A stretch of 64,000 nt of DNA from positions 1 to 64,000 of the forward strand of contig JBBIML010000012.1 in NCBI GenBank assembly GCA_037444405.1, given 5' to 3'. A model generated the notes under the pieces. That model was not told the origin of the DNA. It saw only the letters and a program-made list of their open reading frames with translations, and ran no database searches. Of the stretch, positions 9,471 to 20,414 are shown piece after piece (position 1 is the stretch's first letter; every line of letters begins with the position of its first letter). Source of the stretch: Armatimonadota bacterium. Its GTDB lineage: Bacteria > Armatimonadota > Fimbriimonadia > Fimbriimonadales > GBS-DC. The translations under genes were made by a program, and so were the position numbers.

Positions 9471-12400
9471 ATGATTGTCAGAGAGTGGCTGAGAAAATGG
9501 CTGGACACAACCGAGCGCGACATCAAACGCATGAAGCCCATCGTCGCTAAGATCAACGCGCTCGAACCCGAAATGCAGCAGCTCTCCAACGAGCAGCTGC
9601 GCGCCAAAACCGACGAATTCAAAAAGCGACTGCAGGACGGCGAGACGCTGGACGATATTTTGCCCGAAGCGTTCGCGGTGGTGCGAGAAGCGGCTCGCCG
9701 CACGCTGAACATGCGCCATTTCGATGTGCAGCTGATGGGGGGTATCGTGCTGCATCAGGGTCGCATCGCCGAGATGAAAACGGGCGAGGGCAAAACGCTC
9801 GTCGCGACGCTCCCGCTTTACCTTAACGCGCTGGAGGGCAAAGGCGTCCATCTGGTCACGGTCAACGACTATCTGGCTCGGCGCGACGCCGTGTGGATGG
9901 GACCCATCTACCACCTGCTCGGCTTGACCGTGGGCGTGATTCAGGGGCGCAGCGCAGAAAGCGACGAACTCGGCGGCTCCTATATCTATGAACCCGGCTA
10001 CCAGCACCCTGACCCGCGCTACCTGCACCTGCGCGAGATCAGCCGCAAGGAGGCGTACGCCTGCGACATCACCTACGGCACCAACCATGAGTTCGCCTTC
10101 GACTACCTGCGCGATAATATGGTCTACTCGGTCGACGAACTGGTGCAGCGCGAACTGAACTACGCCATCATCGACGAGGTCGACAGCATCCTCATCGATG
10201 AGGCGCGCACGCCCCACATCATCTCCGGGCAGGTGGAAGAGGACCTCAACATCTACTATCGCATCGATTCGTATGTGCGGCGGCTTCAGCCCGGGCGCGA
10301 CTACATCGTCGATGAGAAGCACCACGCCGTCACGCTCACCGAAGAGGGCACCGAGCGACTGGAGCAGATGATGGGCATCCAGAACCTCGCGGATGAGGTG
10401 GAGCTGATGCCCTACATCAACGCCGCGCTCAAAGCGCACGGGCTATTCAAACGCGATGTGCATTATGTGGTGCGCAACGGCGAGATTATTATCGTGGACG
10501 AGTTCACAGGGCGCCTGATGCACGGACGACGCTACAGCGACGGACTGCACCAGGCCATCGAAGCCAAAGAGGGCGTGCCCATCAAACAGGAAAGCCAGAC
10601 CATCGCCGTCGTCACCTTCCAGAACTACTTCCGACTCTACAAAAAGCTGGCGGGCATGACAGGCACCGCCAAGACCGAAGAGGAGGAGTTCCGCAAGATT
10701 TATGGCATGGATGTGGTGGTCATCCCCACGCACCGCCCGATGATCCGAATCGATCATCCCGATGTGGTCTACAAGACGATGGAAGCCAAACTGCGCGGCA
10801 TCGCGATGGAGATTCTGCGCCTGTACACCAAGCAGCAGCCCGTGCTGGTGGGCACACGCTCCATCGAGATGTCGGAGGTGGTCTCCAGCCGAATCACTTT
10901 CGACAAGCTCCAGCTGCTGGTCTTAATCGAGCGCATTCGGCACGCGCTGGAGGAGCGCAAAGATATACCGAAACAGCAGAAGGAGGAGTGGCGCAAGACG
11001 CTGTTGATGCCGCTGCCCTCGCTTTCGATGCGCCAGATTGCGCCCATCTGCCGCGCGCTGGAGCTGCCGACTGACCCTCTGCACGAGTTGCACCTGAGCT
11101 GGCTGCTGGAGAAGTGGGGGCTGCCCGCCGAGAACCGTGTCTACCTGCAGGAAGCGCTCGAACATGGCATCCCGCACAATGTGCTGAACGCCAAATATCA
11201 TGAGAAGGAAGCGCTGATCATCGCCGAGGCGGGTCGCAAGGGCGCGGTGACAATCGCCACCAACATGGCGGGTCGCGGCGTGGACATCCTGCTGGGCGGC
11301 TCGGTGGTCAAAAAGGAGCCGTCCGATTCGACCAACGACGCCGATTCGACCGACCAGTCCGAGAGTGTTGCGCCCGTTGAGGAGATGTCGTTCCGTCGGG
11401 GCGGCAAGGTTCGCGCCGCGCCGCCGTTACCCCTCTCCGAGCAGGAGCGTTCCATCGCTGCCGAAGAGGTGCGCCAACTCGGCGGGCTGTTCATTCTCGG
11501 CACCGAACGCCACGAGAGCCGCCGCATCGATAACCAGCTGCGCGGACGCGCCGGGCGACAGGGCGATCCGGGCGAATCGCGCTTCTTCATCTCGCTGGAA
11601 GACGAGCTGATCCGCCTGTTCGGTGAGAACCTGCGCAACAGCCCGCTGCTGCGCACCTGGCCCGAGGATGAACCGCTCGAAGCCAAAATGTTGAGCCGCG
11701 CCATCGAGGGCGCCCAGAAGCGCGTGGAGCTGCACAACTTCTCCATCCGCAAGCATGTGTTGCAGTATGACGATGTGCTCAACAATCAGCGCCTGCACAT
11801 CTATCGCATGCGGCGGCAGATTCTGGAGGGGCACAACCTGCGCGAGACCGCGCTGGAGTTCGCTCGCCAGACGGTGGTGGATGTGATCGACGAGTTCGCC
11901 CCGCGCAACCAGCCACCCACCGAGTGGGACCTGCAGGGGCTGTATCAGCGGCTCAATACCCTCTTCCCGCTGGAGTTCTTCGTCAAGCCGAACGACTTCC
12001 TGTTCGCTCGCCACGACGAGCTGGTGCGCAAGGTTCAGGAATGGGTTCAGCAAGCCTACGAGATGCGTGAGCAGGAGCTGACCCCCGACATCATGCGCGA
12101 ACTGGAACGCTACTTCATGCTGCATGTGATCACGCGCAAGTGGGTGGAGCATCTGGCGTCGATGGAGTACCTGCGCGAGGGCATCGGGCTGCGCGGCTAC
12201 GGGCAGATCGACCCGCTGGTGGCTTACAAGCAGGAAGCGGCACAGATTTTCGCCGAGACGCTCCGCAGTATCCGCAACGAGGTGGTGCTGTACCTGTTCC
12301 ATGCGCAGGTGGTGCCGCCCCAGCCGCGTCAGGTCATCCGCCTTGACGCCGCCGACGGCAACCCCGCCACAGGGCTGGCGACCGCCTCACGCGGCATCCA

Positions 12401-12521
12401 GCGTCTGGACGACGCCGACGGCTCTCGGCAGCGCACCAGCGGCAAGGTGGGACGCAACGACCCGTGCCCCTGCGGAAGCGGCAAGAAATACAAAAAGTGC
12501 TGCTACCCGAAATATGGCTGA
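9471..12521 (+). CDS. secA: Preprotein translocase ATPase SecA
   Basis: [50 protein letters not shown]-terminal [18 protein letters not shown]. Confidence 0.98.
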   Translation: MIVREWLRKWLDTTERDIKRMKPIVAKINALEPEMQQLSNEQLRAKTDEFKKRLQDGETLDDILPEAFAVVREAARRTLNMRHFDVQLMGGIVLHQGRIAEMKTGEGKTLVATLPLYLNALEGKGVHLVTVNDYLARRDAVWMGPIYHLLGLTVGVIQGRSAESDELGGSYIYEPGYQHPDPRYLHLREISRKEAYACDITYGTNHEFAFDYLRDNMVYSVDELVQRELNYAIIDEVDSILIDEARTPHIISGQVEEDLNIYYRIDSYVRRLQPGRDYIVDEKHHAVTLTEEGTERLEQMMGIQNLADEVELMPYINAALKAHGLFKRDVHYVVRNGEIIIVDEFTGRLMHGRRYSDGLHQAIEAKEGVPIKQESQTIAVVTFQNYFRLYKKLAGMTGTAKTEEEEFRKIYGMDVVVIPTHRPMIRIDHPDVVYKTMEAKLRGIAMEILRLYTKQQPVLVGTRSIEMSEVVSSRITFDKLQLLVLIERIRHALEERKDIPKQQKEEWRKTLLMPLPSLSMRQIAPICRALELPTDPLHELHLSWLLEKWGLPAENRVYLQEALEHGIPHNVLNAKYHEKEALIIAEAGRKGAVTIATNMAGRGVDILLGGSVVKKEPSDSTNDADSTDQSESVAPVEEMSFRRGGKVRAAPPLPLSEQERSIAAEEVRQLGGLFILGTERHESRRIDNQLRGRAGRQGDPGESRFFISLEDELIRLFGENLRNSPLLRTWPEDEPLEAKMLSRAIEGAQKRVELHNFSIRKHVLQYDDVLNNQRLHIYRMRRQILEGHNLRETALEFARQTVVDVIDEFAPRNQPPTEWDLQGLYQRLNTLFPLEFFVKPNDFLFARHDELVRKVQEWVQQAYEMREQELTPDIMRELERYFMLHVITRKWVEHLASMEYLREGIGLRGYGQIDPLVAYKQEAAQIFAETLRSIRNEVVLYLFHAQVVPPQPRQVIRLDAADGNPATGLATASRGIQRLDDADGSRQRTSGKVGRNDPCPCGSGKKYKKCCYPKYG

Positions 12522-12620
12522 CTTCGCCCGTTGCGGCATGGGCGTCCTACCCAGGTTCATCCTGCCACCGTCGCCCCTCGCCGGGTCCAACCATGCGTCC
12601 CACGATACCCCTGATACCCT

Positions 12621-12648
12621 GTAAGGGCGCACGACCGTGCGCCCTTAC
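12621..12648. repeat. REP-like palindrome between convergent secA and gamma-subunit gene
   Basis: GTAAGGGCGCACG-AC-CGTGCGCCCTTAC; same family as 29470. Contains the TAA of the gamma-subunit gene. Confidence 0.7.
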
Positions 12649-13223
12649 TTACCGTGCATCAGCTCCTCGCCTGCCTGCAGGGCTTGCTCATTGAGCGCGC
12701 GAAACCGCGCAGGCACCCGCTTCAAGACTGCCTCGCGCAGGCTTTGCGGAGTGACCAGCCCCACCAGCGCGTTCATCGCGCCCAGAGCGACCACATTCGC
12801 CACCACCTTACTGCCCACCTTGACAGCGACCTCCGTGATGGGCAGACGATAAACCAGCCGCTCGCTGGTCTCCGGACATTCGATCTGGCTTGAGTCGAGA
12901 ATGATGAGGGTGTCGGGATTCGTTTGGGAGAAATACTTTTCATAAGCATCCTGAGAGAGGCACAGGAGCAGGTCGGGTCGGGTCACCTGAGGATAAGCGA
13001 TTTTCTTTTGAGAGATAATCACCTCCGATTTGCTGGCGCCCAGTCGGGCTTCGGGTCCATAGCTTTGCGTTTGCACCACATTTTTGCCGTCCAGCAGAGC
13101 CGCTTCTGCCAGGATCACGCCAGCGGTGATCAGTCCCTGCCCGCCCGCGCCGCTCAGCCTTATCTGCAGGGGGTCCCTGGCTCTTATCGCGCTCAAAATT
13201 TCGGATTCCACTGGATGGCTCAT
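12645..13223 (-). CDS. korC: 2-oxoacid:ferredoxin oxidoreductase gamma subunit
   Basis: IRLSGAGGQG, QSYGPEARLGAS, NVVALGA. Confidence 0.88.
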   Translation of the reverse strand: MSHPVESEILSAIRARDPLQIRLSGAGGQGLITAGVILAEAALLDGKNVVQTQSYGPEARLGASKSEVIISQKKIAYPQVTRPDLLLCLSQDAYEKYFSQTNPDTLIILDSSQIECPETSERLVYRLPITEVAVKVGSKVVANVVALGAMNALVGLVTPQSLREAVLKRVPARFRALNEQALQAGEELMHGK

Positions 13224-14035
13224 TCGCTGCCCTCCTCACACAACTGGCGGTAAAGCGCGGTGTATTCCGCCCGTTGCTCGCACCGAAAGATGCCGGTTGG
13301 CAGTTTGGACATCCACTCGCTTTGCTCCGCGAGTGCGGCGTCGTCGAGGGGGAAGGTGGTGTCGCGGAGGTAGAGGAGCATCTCGTAAGGGTCGCGCAGT
13401 TCGTTCAGCCGACCGTAGTAAGTGGGGCAGGAGGTCAGCACCTCCACGACGGAGAAGCCCTTATGGGCAATCGCTTTCTGGAAGAAATCGCTCATCTGCT
13501 GGAAGTCGTAGGAGGTGGTACGCGCGACGAAGGTTGCCCCTGCGCCCAGCGCCAGCTCACACACATCGAAGGCTGGCTCAATATTGCCCTGCAGGGAGGT
13601 CGTGCTGCGCTTACCCTGCGGGGTGGTGGGAGCCAGCTGACCCCCTGTCTGCCCATAGATGGCGTTATTAAAGATGATGGCGGTGAGATCGATATTGCGT
13701 CGGCAGGCATGAATGAAGTGGTTGCCCCCTATCGCGACGGCATCGCCATCGCCCATCACCACAATAACCGTCCACTCCGGGCGCACCAGCTTGATGCCGG
13801 TGGCGAACGCCAGGGCGCGTCCATGCGTGGTGTGCATGGTGTTGAAGTCCAGGATAAAGGGGGTGCGTCCCGAACAGCCGATGCCGCCCAGCAGCACAAT
13901 CTCGTCTTTTTTGAGACCCAGCGCGATTATGGCGTCGATCAGCGCTTTGACGATGACACCGTTGCCGCAGCCGGGGCACCAGATGCTGGGCAGTTGCGTG
14001 CGTCTCAGATACTCCTTGTAGCGCTCCTTGATCAT
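13220..14035 (-). CDS. korB: 2-oxoacid:ferredoxin oxidoreductase beta subunit
   Basis: WCPGCG, GIGCSG, HGRA, GDGD...IGGNH, NN.IYG.TGGQ (TPP binding). Confidence 0.92.
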   Translation of the reverse strand: MIKERYKEYLRRTQLPSIWCPGCGNGVIVKALIDAIIALGLKKDEIVLLGGIGCSGRTPFILDFNTMHTTHGRALAFATGIKLVRPEWTVIVVMGDGDAVAIGGNHFIHACRRNIDLTAIIFNNAIYGQTGGQLAPTTPQGKRSTTSLQGNIEPAFDVCELALGAGATFVARTTSYDFQQMSDFFQKAIAHKGFSVVEVLTSCPTYYGRLNELRDPYEMLLYLRDTTFPLDDAALAEQSEWMSKLPTGIFRCEQRAEYTALYRQLCEEGSE

Positions 14036-14050
14036 CGTTCGGTTCCTCCT

Positions 14051-15178
14051 TCAGGAAGCCCTGCGCTGATAGAAGCGGGCGACGGCTTCCGCTATCTGCT
14101 GGGGCGTGATGAGGTAGCCGTCGGCACGCCCCAGATGCTGGACAGGCGCCCGCCCCTTCACCGCTCGCTCCACCTCACGAACCAGCTGCCCCAGGTTCAG
14201 CTCCGGCACCAGAACCAGCTCCATTCGGGACGCGAGCGAGTCAAAGAGGAAGTCGGGGAAGGGCCAGAGGGTCTTCAGGTCCAGCAGCCCTGCCCGAATG
14301 CCTTCGGCACGGAGCCATTCGACCGCGCTCTCCGCCGCGCGACTGGTGATGCCGTAGCTGGTGATTAGCACCTGTGCATCGTCCAGATAAAGCGCTTCAT
14401 AGCGAGCCAGGGTTTCGGTGTTCGTCCGAACCCGGTCGACGATGCGTCGCAGCAGTCGCTCGGCAGCTTCGCCCTGCGCAGGGAAGCCCCACGCATCATG
14501 AGCCATGCCGGTGACATTGAAGCGAACGCCTTCCCCAAAAGGAAGGAACACCGTATCCTCGAAGGGCTTGAAGGCGTGCAGGTCGGCTGGGCGCCGCCGC
14601 TCGAAAACCGTTAGTTCGCCCGGTTCAGGCATCACGATATTCTCCCGCATGTGGGAAAGAACCTCGTCCAGCAGCAGGATCACGGGCACGCGATATTGCT
14701 CGGCGAAGTTGAAGGCGGTGACGGTGATTTCGAACACATCGCGCACATGCGAGGCGGTTAACACAATCACGGGATGGTCGCCGTGGGTGCCCCAGATTGC
14801 CTGCATCACATCGCCCTGCGCGGTTTTGGTCGGCTGCCCGGTGGATGGACCCCAGCGCTGGCAATCCACAATCACGCAGGGCGTCTCGGTGATGGCAGCG
14901 TAGCCGATGCCCTCCTGCATCAGGGAGAAACCGGGACCGCTGGTGGCGGTCATCGCCTTCGCGCCCGCCCACGAGGCGCCGATCACCGCCGAGATGGAGG
15001 CAATCTCGTCCTCCATCTGGATGAAGACGCCACCCCGACGGGGCAGCTCGCGCGCCATAATCTCCATAATCTCCGAGCTAGGCGTGATGGGGTAGCCCGC
15101 ATAAAAGCGACAACCCGCGTAGAGCGCCCCATAAGCGCATGCCTCATTGCCCTGAACCAGCCGCTGCTGACTCGCCAT
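14051..15178 (-). CDS. korA: 2-oxoacid:ferredoxin oxidoreductase alpha subunit
   Basis: GNEA, YAGYPITPSSE, QMEDEIAS, TATSGPGFSLMQE, GPSTGQPT, ELNLGQ. Confidence 0.92.
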   Translation of the reverse strand: MASQQRLVQGNEACAYGALYAGCRFYAGYPITPSSEIMEIMARELPRRGGVFIQMEDEIASISAVIGASWAGAKAMTATSGPGFSLMQEGIGYAAITETPCVIVDCQRWGPSTGQPTKTAQGDVMQAIWGTHGDHPVIVLTASHVRDVFEITVTAFNFAEQYRVPVILLLDEVLSHMRENIVMPEPGELTVFERRRPADLHAFKPFEDTVFLPFGEGVRFNVTGMAHDAWGFPAQGEAAERLLRRIVDRVRTNTETLARYEALYLDDAQVLITSYGITSRAAESAVEWLRAEGIRAGLLDLKTLWPFPDFLFDSLASRMELVLVPELNLGQLVREVERAVKGRAPVQHLGRADGYLITPQQIAEAVARFYQRRAS

Positions 15179-16787
15179 ACAGGTTGACCTCGCTCCGATT
15201 GGGTTTCTCGATCCAGATAGCGAAATCGGGGCAGCGTGCCTCGCAGAGCCCGCAGAAAACGCATCGGCTAATATCCCTGACGGCTATCTTGCTCCGGTTA
15301 TCCAGAAAGAGGATCTCCGTCGGGCAACTGTTGACACAGAGGGCGCAGCCCTTGCACAAAGCCCGATTAATAGCTAAATAGAAATCGCCCTGATAGTAGC
15401 GCCCATCCCGGGTCGCCACAGGTTGAGGAAAAACAGGGCTGGGAGCCGCCGCTGCCTCCTCGGTCCGGCTCAGAAATCGGTGAATGCCGCGAGCAGCCAG
15501 CTTGCCATGCTGAACCGCCTCCACGACGGTGCCGCCGCCATTGATGCAATCCCCACCAGCAAAGTATTTTTCACGGCTGGTCTGAAACCGTTCGTTCACC
15601 TTCACGACGCCGTGCTGGAACTCGATACCCAGCTGCTCAAAGAACTCCTTTTGCGGGCGCTGACCGATCGCCTTGATGACGGTATCGGCTTCCACGATGA
15701 ACTCGGTGCCTGGCACCGGTTCGGGGCGGGGTCGTCCGGAGGAATCGGCGGCGCTTAACCGCATCTGGATGCATTCGACGCCCCGCACGCGGGTGTCGCC
15801 GATGAAGCGGAGCGGTGCGACCAGCCAGCGGAACTGCACCCCTTCCTTTTTCGCAGCCTGCACCTCGTGGGCATAGGCGGGCATCTGCTCTTCCGTGCGA
15901 CGGTAAAGCACGACGACCTCTCTGGCGCCCAGCCGCACCGATTCGCGCGCCACATCGATGGCGGTGTTGCCGCCGCCAATCACCACCACACGCTCGCCCA
16001 GCTGAAGCTGTTCCAGCCGCCCCCACTTGAGCTGCTCGATAAACTCCAGCGAGTTCCAGACGCCCTTCAGATGCTCGCCCTCGATCTCCATCGGCACATC
16101 CTCGCCCAGCCCGATACCCAGAAAGATGGCTTCATGGGTCTGCTCCAGCTGTTCGAAAGAAATATCCACACCCACTGTTACCCCGAAGCGGAATTCGACG
16201 CCCATCTGCCGGATGGTTTCGATCTCCTGCGGCAGCGGTTCGTACCTTTGCTTGTAAGGCGCGATGCCATAGGTGACCAGCCCGCCGGGCAGCTCGCGCC
16301 GTTCATAGACCGTCACGCGATAGCCCAATCGGGCAAGTTCCGCAGCGCACGCCAGCCCTGCTGGACCTGCGCCAATCACCCCGATGCTCGCTTTCCTGCG
16401 GGGAGCCTTTTCGGATGGGCGAACCGGCAGATTTCTATCAAGCGCCCAGTCCGTCGCATAGCGCTGAAGCCGTCCGATGGAAACGGGGCGACGCCCCTCT
16501 TTTTTAAGCACGCATGCCCCTTCGCAGAGCTCCTCCACAGGGCAGACACGGGCGCAGGTGCCGCCCAGAATATTCGCCGCAAAGATGGTGCGAGCCGCAT
16601 CCAGGGGGCGACCTTCGCGAATCTCTTTGATGAATCGGGGAATATCGATTCCTGTGGGGCAGGCAGATACGCAGGGTGCGGGAGCCAGCGGACCGCCACA
16701 CTCTAAACAGCGGCTCGCCTCCACCACCGCCTGCTGCTCCATCAGCGGCGGGTGAAGCTCGGTAAAAACATCCTGAGCGGGATTCAT
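15144..16787 (-). CDS. GltD/SudA/PreT-like FAD/NAD(P) oxidoreductase fused to C-terminal 2[4Fe-4S] ferredoxin (delta-like)
   Basis: EASRCLEC..PC..ACP, CARVCP..LCEGAC, GAGPAG, GGGNTAID, AGGD; C-terminal CKGCALCVNSCP and CVFCGLCEARCP. Confidence 0.88.
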   Translation of the reverse strand: MNPAQDVFTELHPPLMEQQAVVEASRCLECGGPLAPAPCVSACPTGIDIPRFIKEIREGRPLDAARTIFAANILGGTCARVCPVEELCEGACVLKKEGRRPVSIGRLQRYATDWALDRNLPVRPSEKAPRRKASIGVIGAGPAGLACAAELARLGYRVTVYERRELPGGLVTYGIAPYKQRYEPLPQEIETIRQMGVEFRFGVTVGVDISFEQLEQTHEAIFLGIGLGEDVPMEIEGEHLKGVWNSLEFIEQLKWGRLEQLQLGERVVVIGGGNTAIDVARESVRLGAREVVVLYRRTEEQMPAYAHEVQAAKKEGVQFRWLVAPLRFIGDTRVRGVECIQMRLSAADSSGRPRPEPVPGTEFIVEADTVIKAIGQRPQKEFFEQLGIEFQHGVVKVNERFQTSREKYFAGGDCINGGGTVVEAVQHGKLAARGIHRFLSRTEEAAAAPSPVFPQPVATRDGRYYQGDFYLAINRALCKGCALCVNSCPTEILFLDNRSKIAVRDISRCVFCGLCEARCPDFAIWIEKPNRSEVNLYGESAAAGSGQ

Positions 16788-16969
16788 CGCTCGATACCTC
16801 CAAGGGGCATCTTGCCAGAGCCGTGATGCCCGCAGGTGAGGCGTGTCATCCGCCTCTGCAGGTATTATACCTCACATGCCCCGTGATCCCGTGCCGCTCC
16901 CGGTATCTGTTAGCCCTGACTGCGGACACCCGTCTCGACGCGGCTGAATTCAGTCTGAGTGTGGCGGAC

Positions 16970-17038
16970 ATCCCTTTTGGCAAAAGGGGCTTCCCTTTCG
17001 AGCGGAGGGAATTCCCCTTCGAGAAAAGGGAGGTTCCC
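16970..17038. repeat. Three tandem 21-nt imperfect palindromic units
   Basis: ATCCCTTTTGGCAAAAGGGGC / TTCCCTTTCGAGCGGAGGGAA / TTCCCCTTCGAGAAAAGGGAG. Confidence 0.6.
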
Positions 17039-17054
17039 ATGCCTTATACCCCTG

Positions 17055-19247
17055 CTAACACGGGTTGCCGAAGTAGAACAGCACCAGCATCAGGTCGGCG
17101 TCGTCGACGGCGCCGTCTCCATCGATATCGGCGGGCAGGTCCGGTCCGCTCTGCCCGAAGGCGAACAGCACGGTGAGCAGGTCGCTGTCGTTCACACAGC
17201 CGTCGCGGTTCACATCTGCCCAGAGGGGATTGCGTGCCATGACGACGGTGGCGTCGCGGCGCGACCACGCCAGCAGGCGCCCATCGGGGGAGAACTGCAC
17301 CGACTGTACGATCGTGTCCGTTTCGGCGTCATAGGTTCGCAGGAGCCTGCCATCCGCGACGCGCCAGAAGCGCACTCTGCCCGCCAGCAGCCAGTCGGTC
17401 TCCTCGCCCAGATCGGCGCCGGCGGTCGCCAGATAGCCCCCGTCGGGCGAGAAGGCGACGGCAGCGGCAGGCGCTGTGAAGGCAGGCAGGGTCTGAAGCA
17501 GGGCGCCATCGTCCGCGCGCCACAGCCTCACCGTGCCCGCGCCGTCCGCCGTTGCCAGCAGCCGACCGTCGGGCGAGAAGGCAATTCCACGCACGCTATA
17601 CTGATGCCCGGTGAGTGTATAGCGCACCGCCCCATCGGGTAGATGCCACACATAGACCACCACACGCGTCTCGTTCGTATTGGTATCCCAGTAGCTCCCA
17701 CCTGACACCACCAGCCGCCCATCGGGCGAGAGCGCCAGCGACTGAACCCTTTCCAGCGGCGTCACAAGCACCTGCTGGAGAGCGCCGTCTGAAACGCGCC
17801 AGAACTTCACGGCGCCGAAGCGGGTGTAGGTCAGCGGGTCCACATCGCTGCCTGCGGTTGCCAGCATCGCGCCATCGGGCGTGAACGCGAGGGCAGCCAG
17901 CCAGCGGTCATGCGCCTTCCAGGAGTTGACCTCGGCTCCATCCGACACGCGCCACAGGCTCACCACGCCATCCTCTTTGCCCGCCGATGCCACAAGCCGA
18001 TTGTCAGGCGAGAAGGCAGCAATACGCCAACCGTTCAGCGCATGCACGCGCTCGCCCGCCGTCGCTCGCCATACCCGAACCGAATCGCCACCTGCGGACG
18101 CCAGCAGGGCGCTATCGCCCGAAAAGGCAACCGACGGCACGGAGCTGGTATGTTCCGTCAACACATGGATCAGTTGACCGCTGGGCACATGCCAGAGGCG
18201 TAGCGAGCGATCCTCGCTCCCGCCACCCGATGCCAGATACTGCCCATCGGGCGAAAACGCCACCATCTGCACCTCATCGATGTGTCCCTCCAGCCGCTGG
18301 ACCAGCTGACCACTGACCACATCCCACAGCTTGACCGCGGGATCATAACTGCTCGACGCCAGCAGCCGACCGTCGGGCGAGAAGGCGAGCGCGAACACAT
18401 GGTAGTCTTCACTGAGGGTGTGGAGTAGCGTGTTATCGGTCAACCGCCACAGCTCGATGCCAGCCACTGTTCGCCCGCTCTCACTGTACGAGCCGCCAAT
18501 CGCCAGCAGTGTGCCATCCGGCGAGAGCGCCATCCGCGAGGCGTATTCCCACTGCGCAGGATAGAGAATACGCACCAGCGTGCCATCGGCGACACGCCAG
18601 AATTCGACCATGCTGATCACGCTTCGTCCAGCCTCTGAGGCGCCCAGCACCAGCAGATGCTCGCCATCGGGCGTGAAAAGAATTGAGTAAATATAGTTCA
18701 ACTGGGTATCCAGCAGGCGCATGGGCTGACCGTCCGCGACACGCCACAACTGCACCACCCCATCCATCTGACCCGTGGAGGGGTTCTGATAGCTGCCGCT
18801 CGCCGCTATGGTCTGCCCATCTGGAGCAAAAGCGAGCGAGGAGATACAGAAGGGATATTGCGGGTACAGTGTCTGCACCACCTGACCGTCCTCGAATCGG
18901 CGCAGCCGAATAATGTCGCAAAGCTCTGGCGGGTCTGTGAAGAAGTAGGTGACGGTTGCTATCAACTGACCATCGGGTGAGATCGCGAGGGCGCGTTCGC
19001 CCCTTGCGAATGTGCGCACCAGCGCGCCCGCCACGGGGTTCCAGAGCTTGATGGTTGAATCGCCACCCAGCGATGCCAGGGTGCGTCCATCGGGTGAGAA
19101 GGCGACGGAGTAGATGCCCCCGCTATGTCCACCCTTGAGCCACAGGATGTCGGGCGCCGTCTGCGCCCTGCTGGGGTTCCAGCCGCTCCAGATCAGCACG
19201 CTCGCAATCAGCCGCCAGCTCCATCGCTGGATTGCCTGCCCCACCAT
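17055..19247 (-). CDS. Secreted WD40-repeat beta-propeller protein with C-terminal dockerin-like tail
   Basis: Many (V/A)AFSPDG..LA..G.D..V.LW repeats; signal peptide ending SRA-Q; tail ADVNRDGCVNDSDLL...FGNPC. ATG 19247 follows GGAGGTGA. Confidence 0.88.
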   Translation of the reverse strand: MVGQAIQRWSWRLIASVLIWSGWNPSRAQTAPDILWLKGGHSGGIYSVAFSPDGRTLASLGGDSTIKLWNPVAGALVRTFARGERALAISPDGQLIATVTYFFTDPPELCDIIRLRRFEDGQVVQTLYPQYPFCISSLAFAPDGQTIAASGSYQNPSTGQMDGVVQLWRVADGQPMRLLDTQLNYIYSILFTPDGEHLLVLGASEAGRSVISMVEFWRVADGTLVRILYPAQWEYASRMALSPDGTLLAIGGSYSESGRTVAGIELWRLTDNTLLHTLSEDYHVFALAFSPDGRLLASSSYDPAVKLWDVVSGQLVQRLEGHIDEVQMVAFSPDGQYLASGGGSEDRSLRLWHVPSGQLIHVLTEHTSSVPSVAFSGDSALLASAGGDSVRVWRATAGERVHALNGWRIAAFSPDNRLVASAGKEDGVVSLWRVSDGAEVNSWKAHDRWLAALAFTPDGAMLATAGSDVDPLTYTRFGAVKFWRVSDGALQQVLVTPLERVQSLALSPDGRLVVSGGSYWDTNTNETRVVVYVWHLPDGAVRYTLTGHQYSVRGIAFSPDGRLLATADGAGTVRLWRADDGALLQTLPAFTAPAAAVAFSPDGGYLATAGADLGEETDWLLAGRVRFWRVADGRLLRTYDAETDTIVQSVQFSPDGRLLAWSRRDATVVMARNPLWADVNRDGCVNDSDLLTVLFAFGQSGPDLPADIDGDGAVDDADLMLVLFYFGNPC

Positions 19248-19411
19248 ATGCCTCACCTCCGCAGTTATATATACCCCAGCTCCCTGTCGACTCCTGTTAG
19301 AGGGTGACTGGGAGGGGCGTTTTGTGTGAGCGAGCAGGTGAAAAAGCCCCCGCGCTGTGCCGATAATCAGCCTGTGAGCAGGGGTGGCAAGCCCCCTGAA
19401 CGGTCGGCACG

Positions 19412-20407
19412 ATGAGCGAGATTCTTTCTCAATCGGAGATTGAGGCGTTGCTGGCGTCGATGGCGTCCGATCCGACGCTGGGCGACCCGGCGGCGCAGAG
19501 CGCATCGCCCATAACTGCCCGCTCCAGACGCGCCGCCTACGAGGTGTACGACTTCCGCCGACCCGACAAGTTCTCGCGCGACCAGCTGCGCACGCTCCAG
19601 ATGATTTTTGAGACCTTCACCCGCCTCTGCTCCACGAACCTCGCCACCTACCTGCGCGTGCCCGTGCATATCGAACCCATCTCGCTGGAGCAGATCCCTT
19701 TCGAGGACTACCTGCGCTCGTTGCGTCAGTCGGCGTTTATTATCTTCAGTGCGCCGCCGCTGTCGGGCGAGGCGGTGCTGGAGATGGAATATTCGCTGGT
19801 GTTCACCTTGCTGGATCGGCTGCTGGGCGGTCCGGGGCGTCCCGTGGAGCGCACGGCGTTCACCGAGATAGAGCGCCCGCTCGTGCTGGCGCTGGGCGAG
19901 CGGATGCTGCTCGCGTTCAAAAGCGCGTGGGAGAGCATCCTGCAGATTGACCCGCGCATCGAGGGGATGGAGACCAGCGCGCAGTTTGTGCAGGTTGCGC
20001 CGCCGAGCGATATCGTGATTGCGATGCTGATGGAGGCGCGGGTGGGCGAGCGGCGCGACGCGATGAGCCTCTGCGCGCCCCACATGGTCATCAAGCCCAT
20101 CACGCCGCGGCTCAGCTCCCAGAACTGGGCGGCGTCGTCAGGCAGGCGCACCACGCCGCTCATCCGCCAGGCGCTGACCCAGCACCTGCGCCACTCGCGG
20201 CTCAACTGCGTCGCCCTGCTGGGACGCACCACCATTCGCCTGCGCGACCTGATTCGCCTCAAAGAGGGCGATTTAATCGTGCTGGACACGCCCGTTAGCG
20301 GCGCCATCGACCTGCTGGTGGAGGGGCGACGCAAGTTTCGCGGCAAGCCCGCCGTGCGCAACCGCAAACTGGTACTCAGCATCACCGAAGTGATACGGGA
20401 GGAGTAA
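19412..20407 (+). CDS. fliM: Flagellar motor switch protein FliM
   Basis: ILSQSEIEALL, YDFRRPDKFS, DRLLGG.G, C-terminal SpoA domain. Confidence 0.95.
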   Translation: MSEILSQSEIEALLASMASDPTLGDPAAQSASPITARSRRAAYEVYDFRRPDKFSRDQLRTLQMIFETFTRLCSTNLATYLRVPVHIEPISLEQIPFEDYLRSLRQSAFIIFSAPPLSGEAVLEMEYSLVFTLLDRLLGGPGRPVERTAFTEIERPLVLALGERMLLAFKSAWESILQIDPRIEGMETSAQFVQVAPPSDIVIAMLMEARVGERRDAMSLCAPHMVIKPITPRLSSQNWAASSGRRTTPLIRQALTQHLRHSRLNCVALLGRTTIRLRDLIRLKEGDLIVLDTPVSGAIDLLVEGRRKFRGKPAVRNRKLVLSITEVIREE

Positions 20408-20414
20408 ACAGCCG

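Noticed and set aside
10890..11160. Intein in SecA
   Set aside because: No C/S start, no HN-C/S/T end, no LAGLIDADG motifs.
19248..19505. N-terminal extensions given by the ORF track (also 2454, 37478, 50516, 56037)
   Set aside because: They overlap neighbouring genes or promoters. Downstream starts have SD motifs and give proper signal peptides or domain boundaries.
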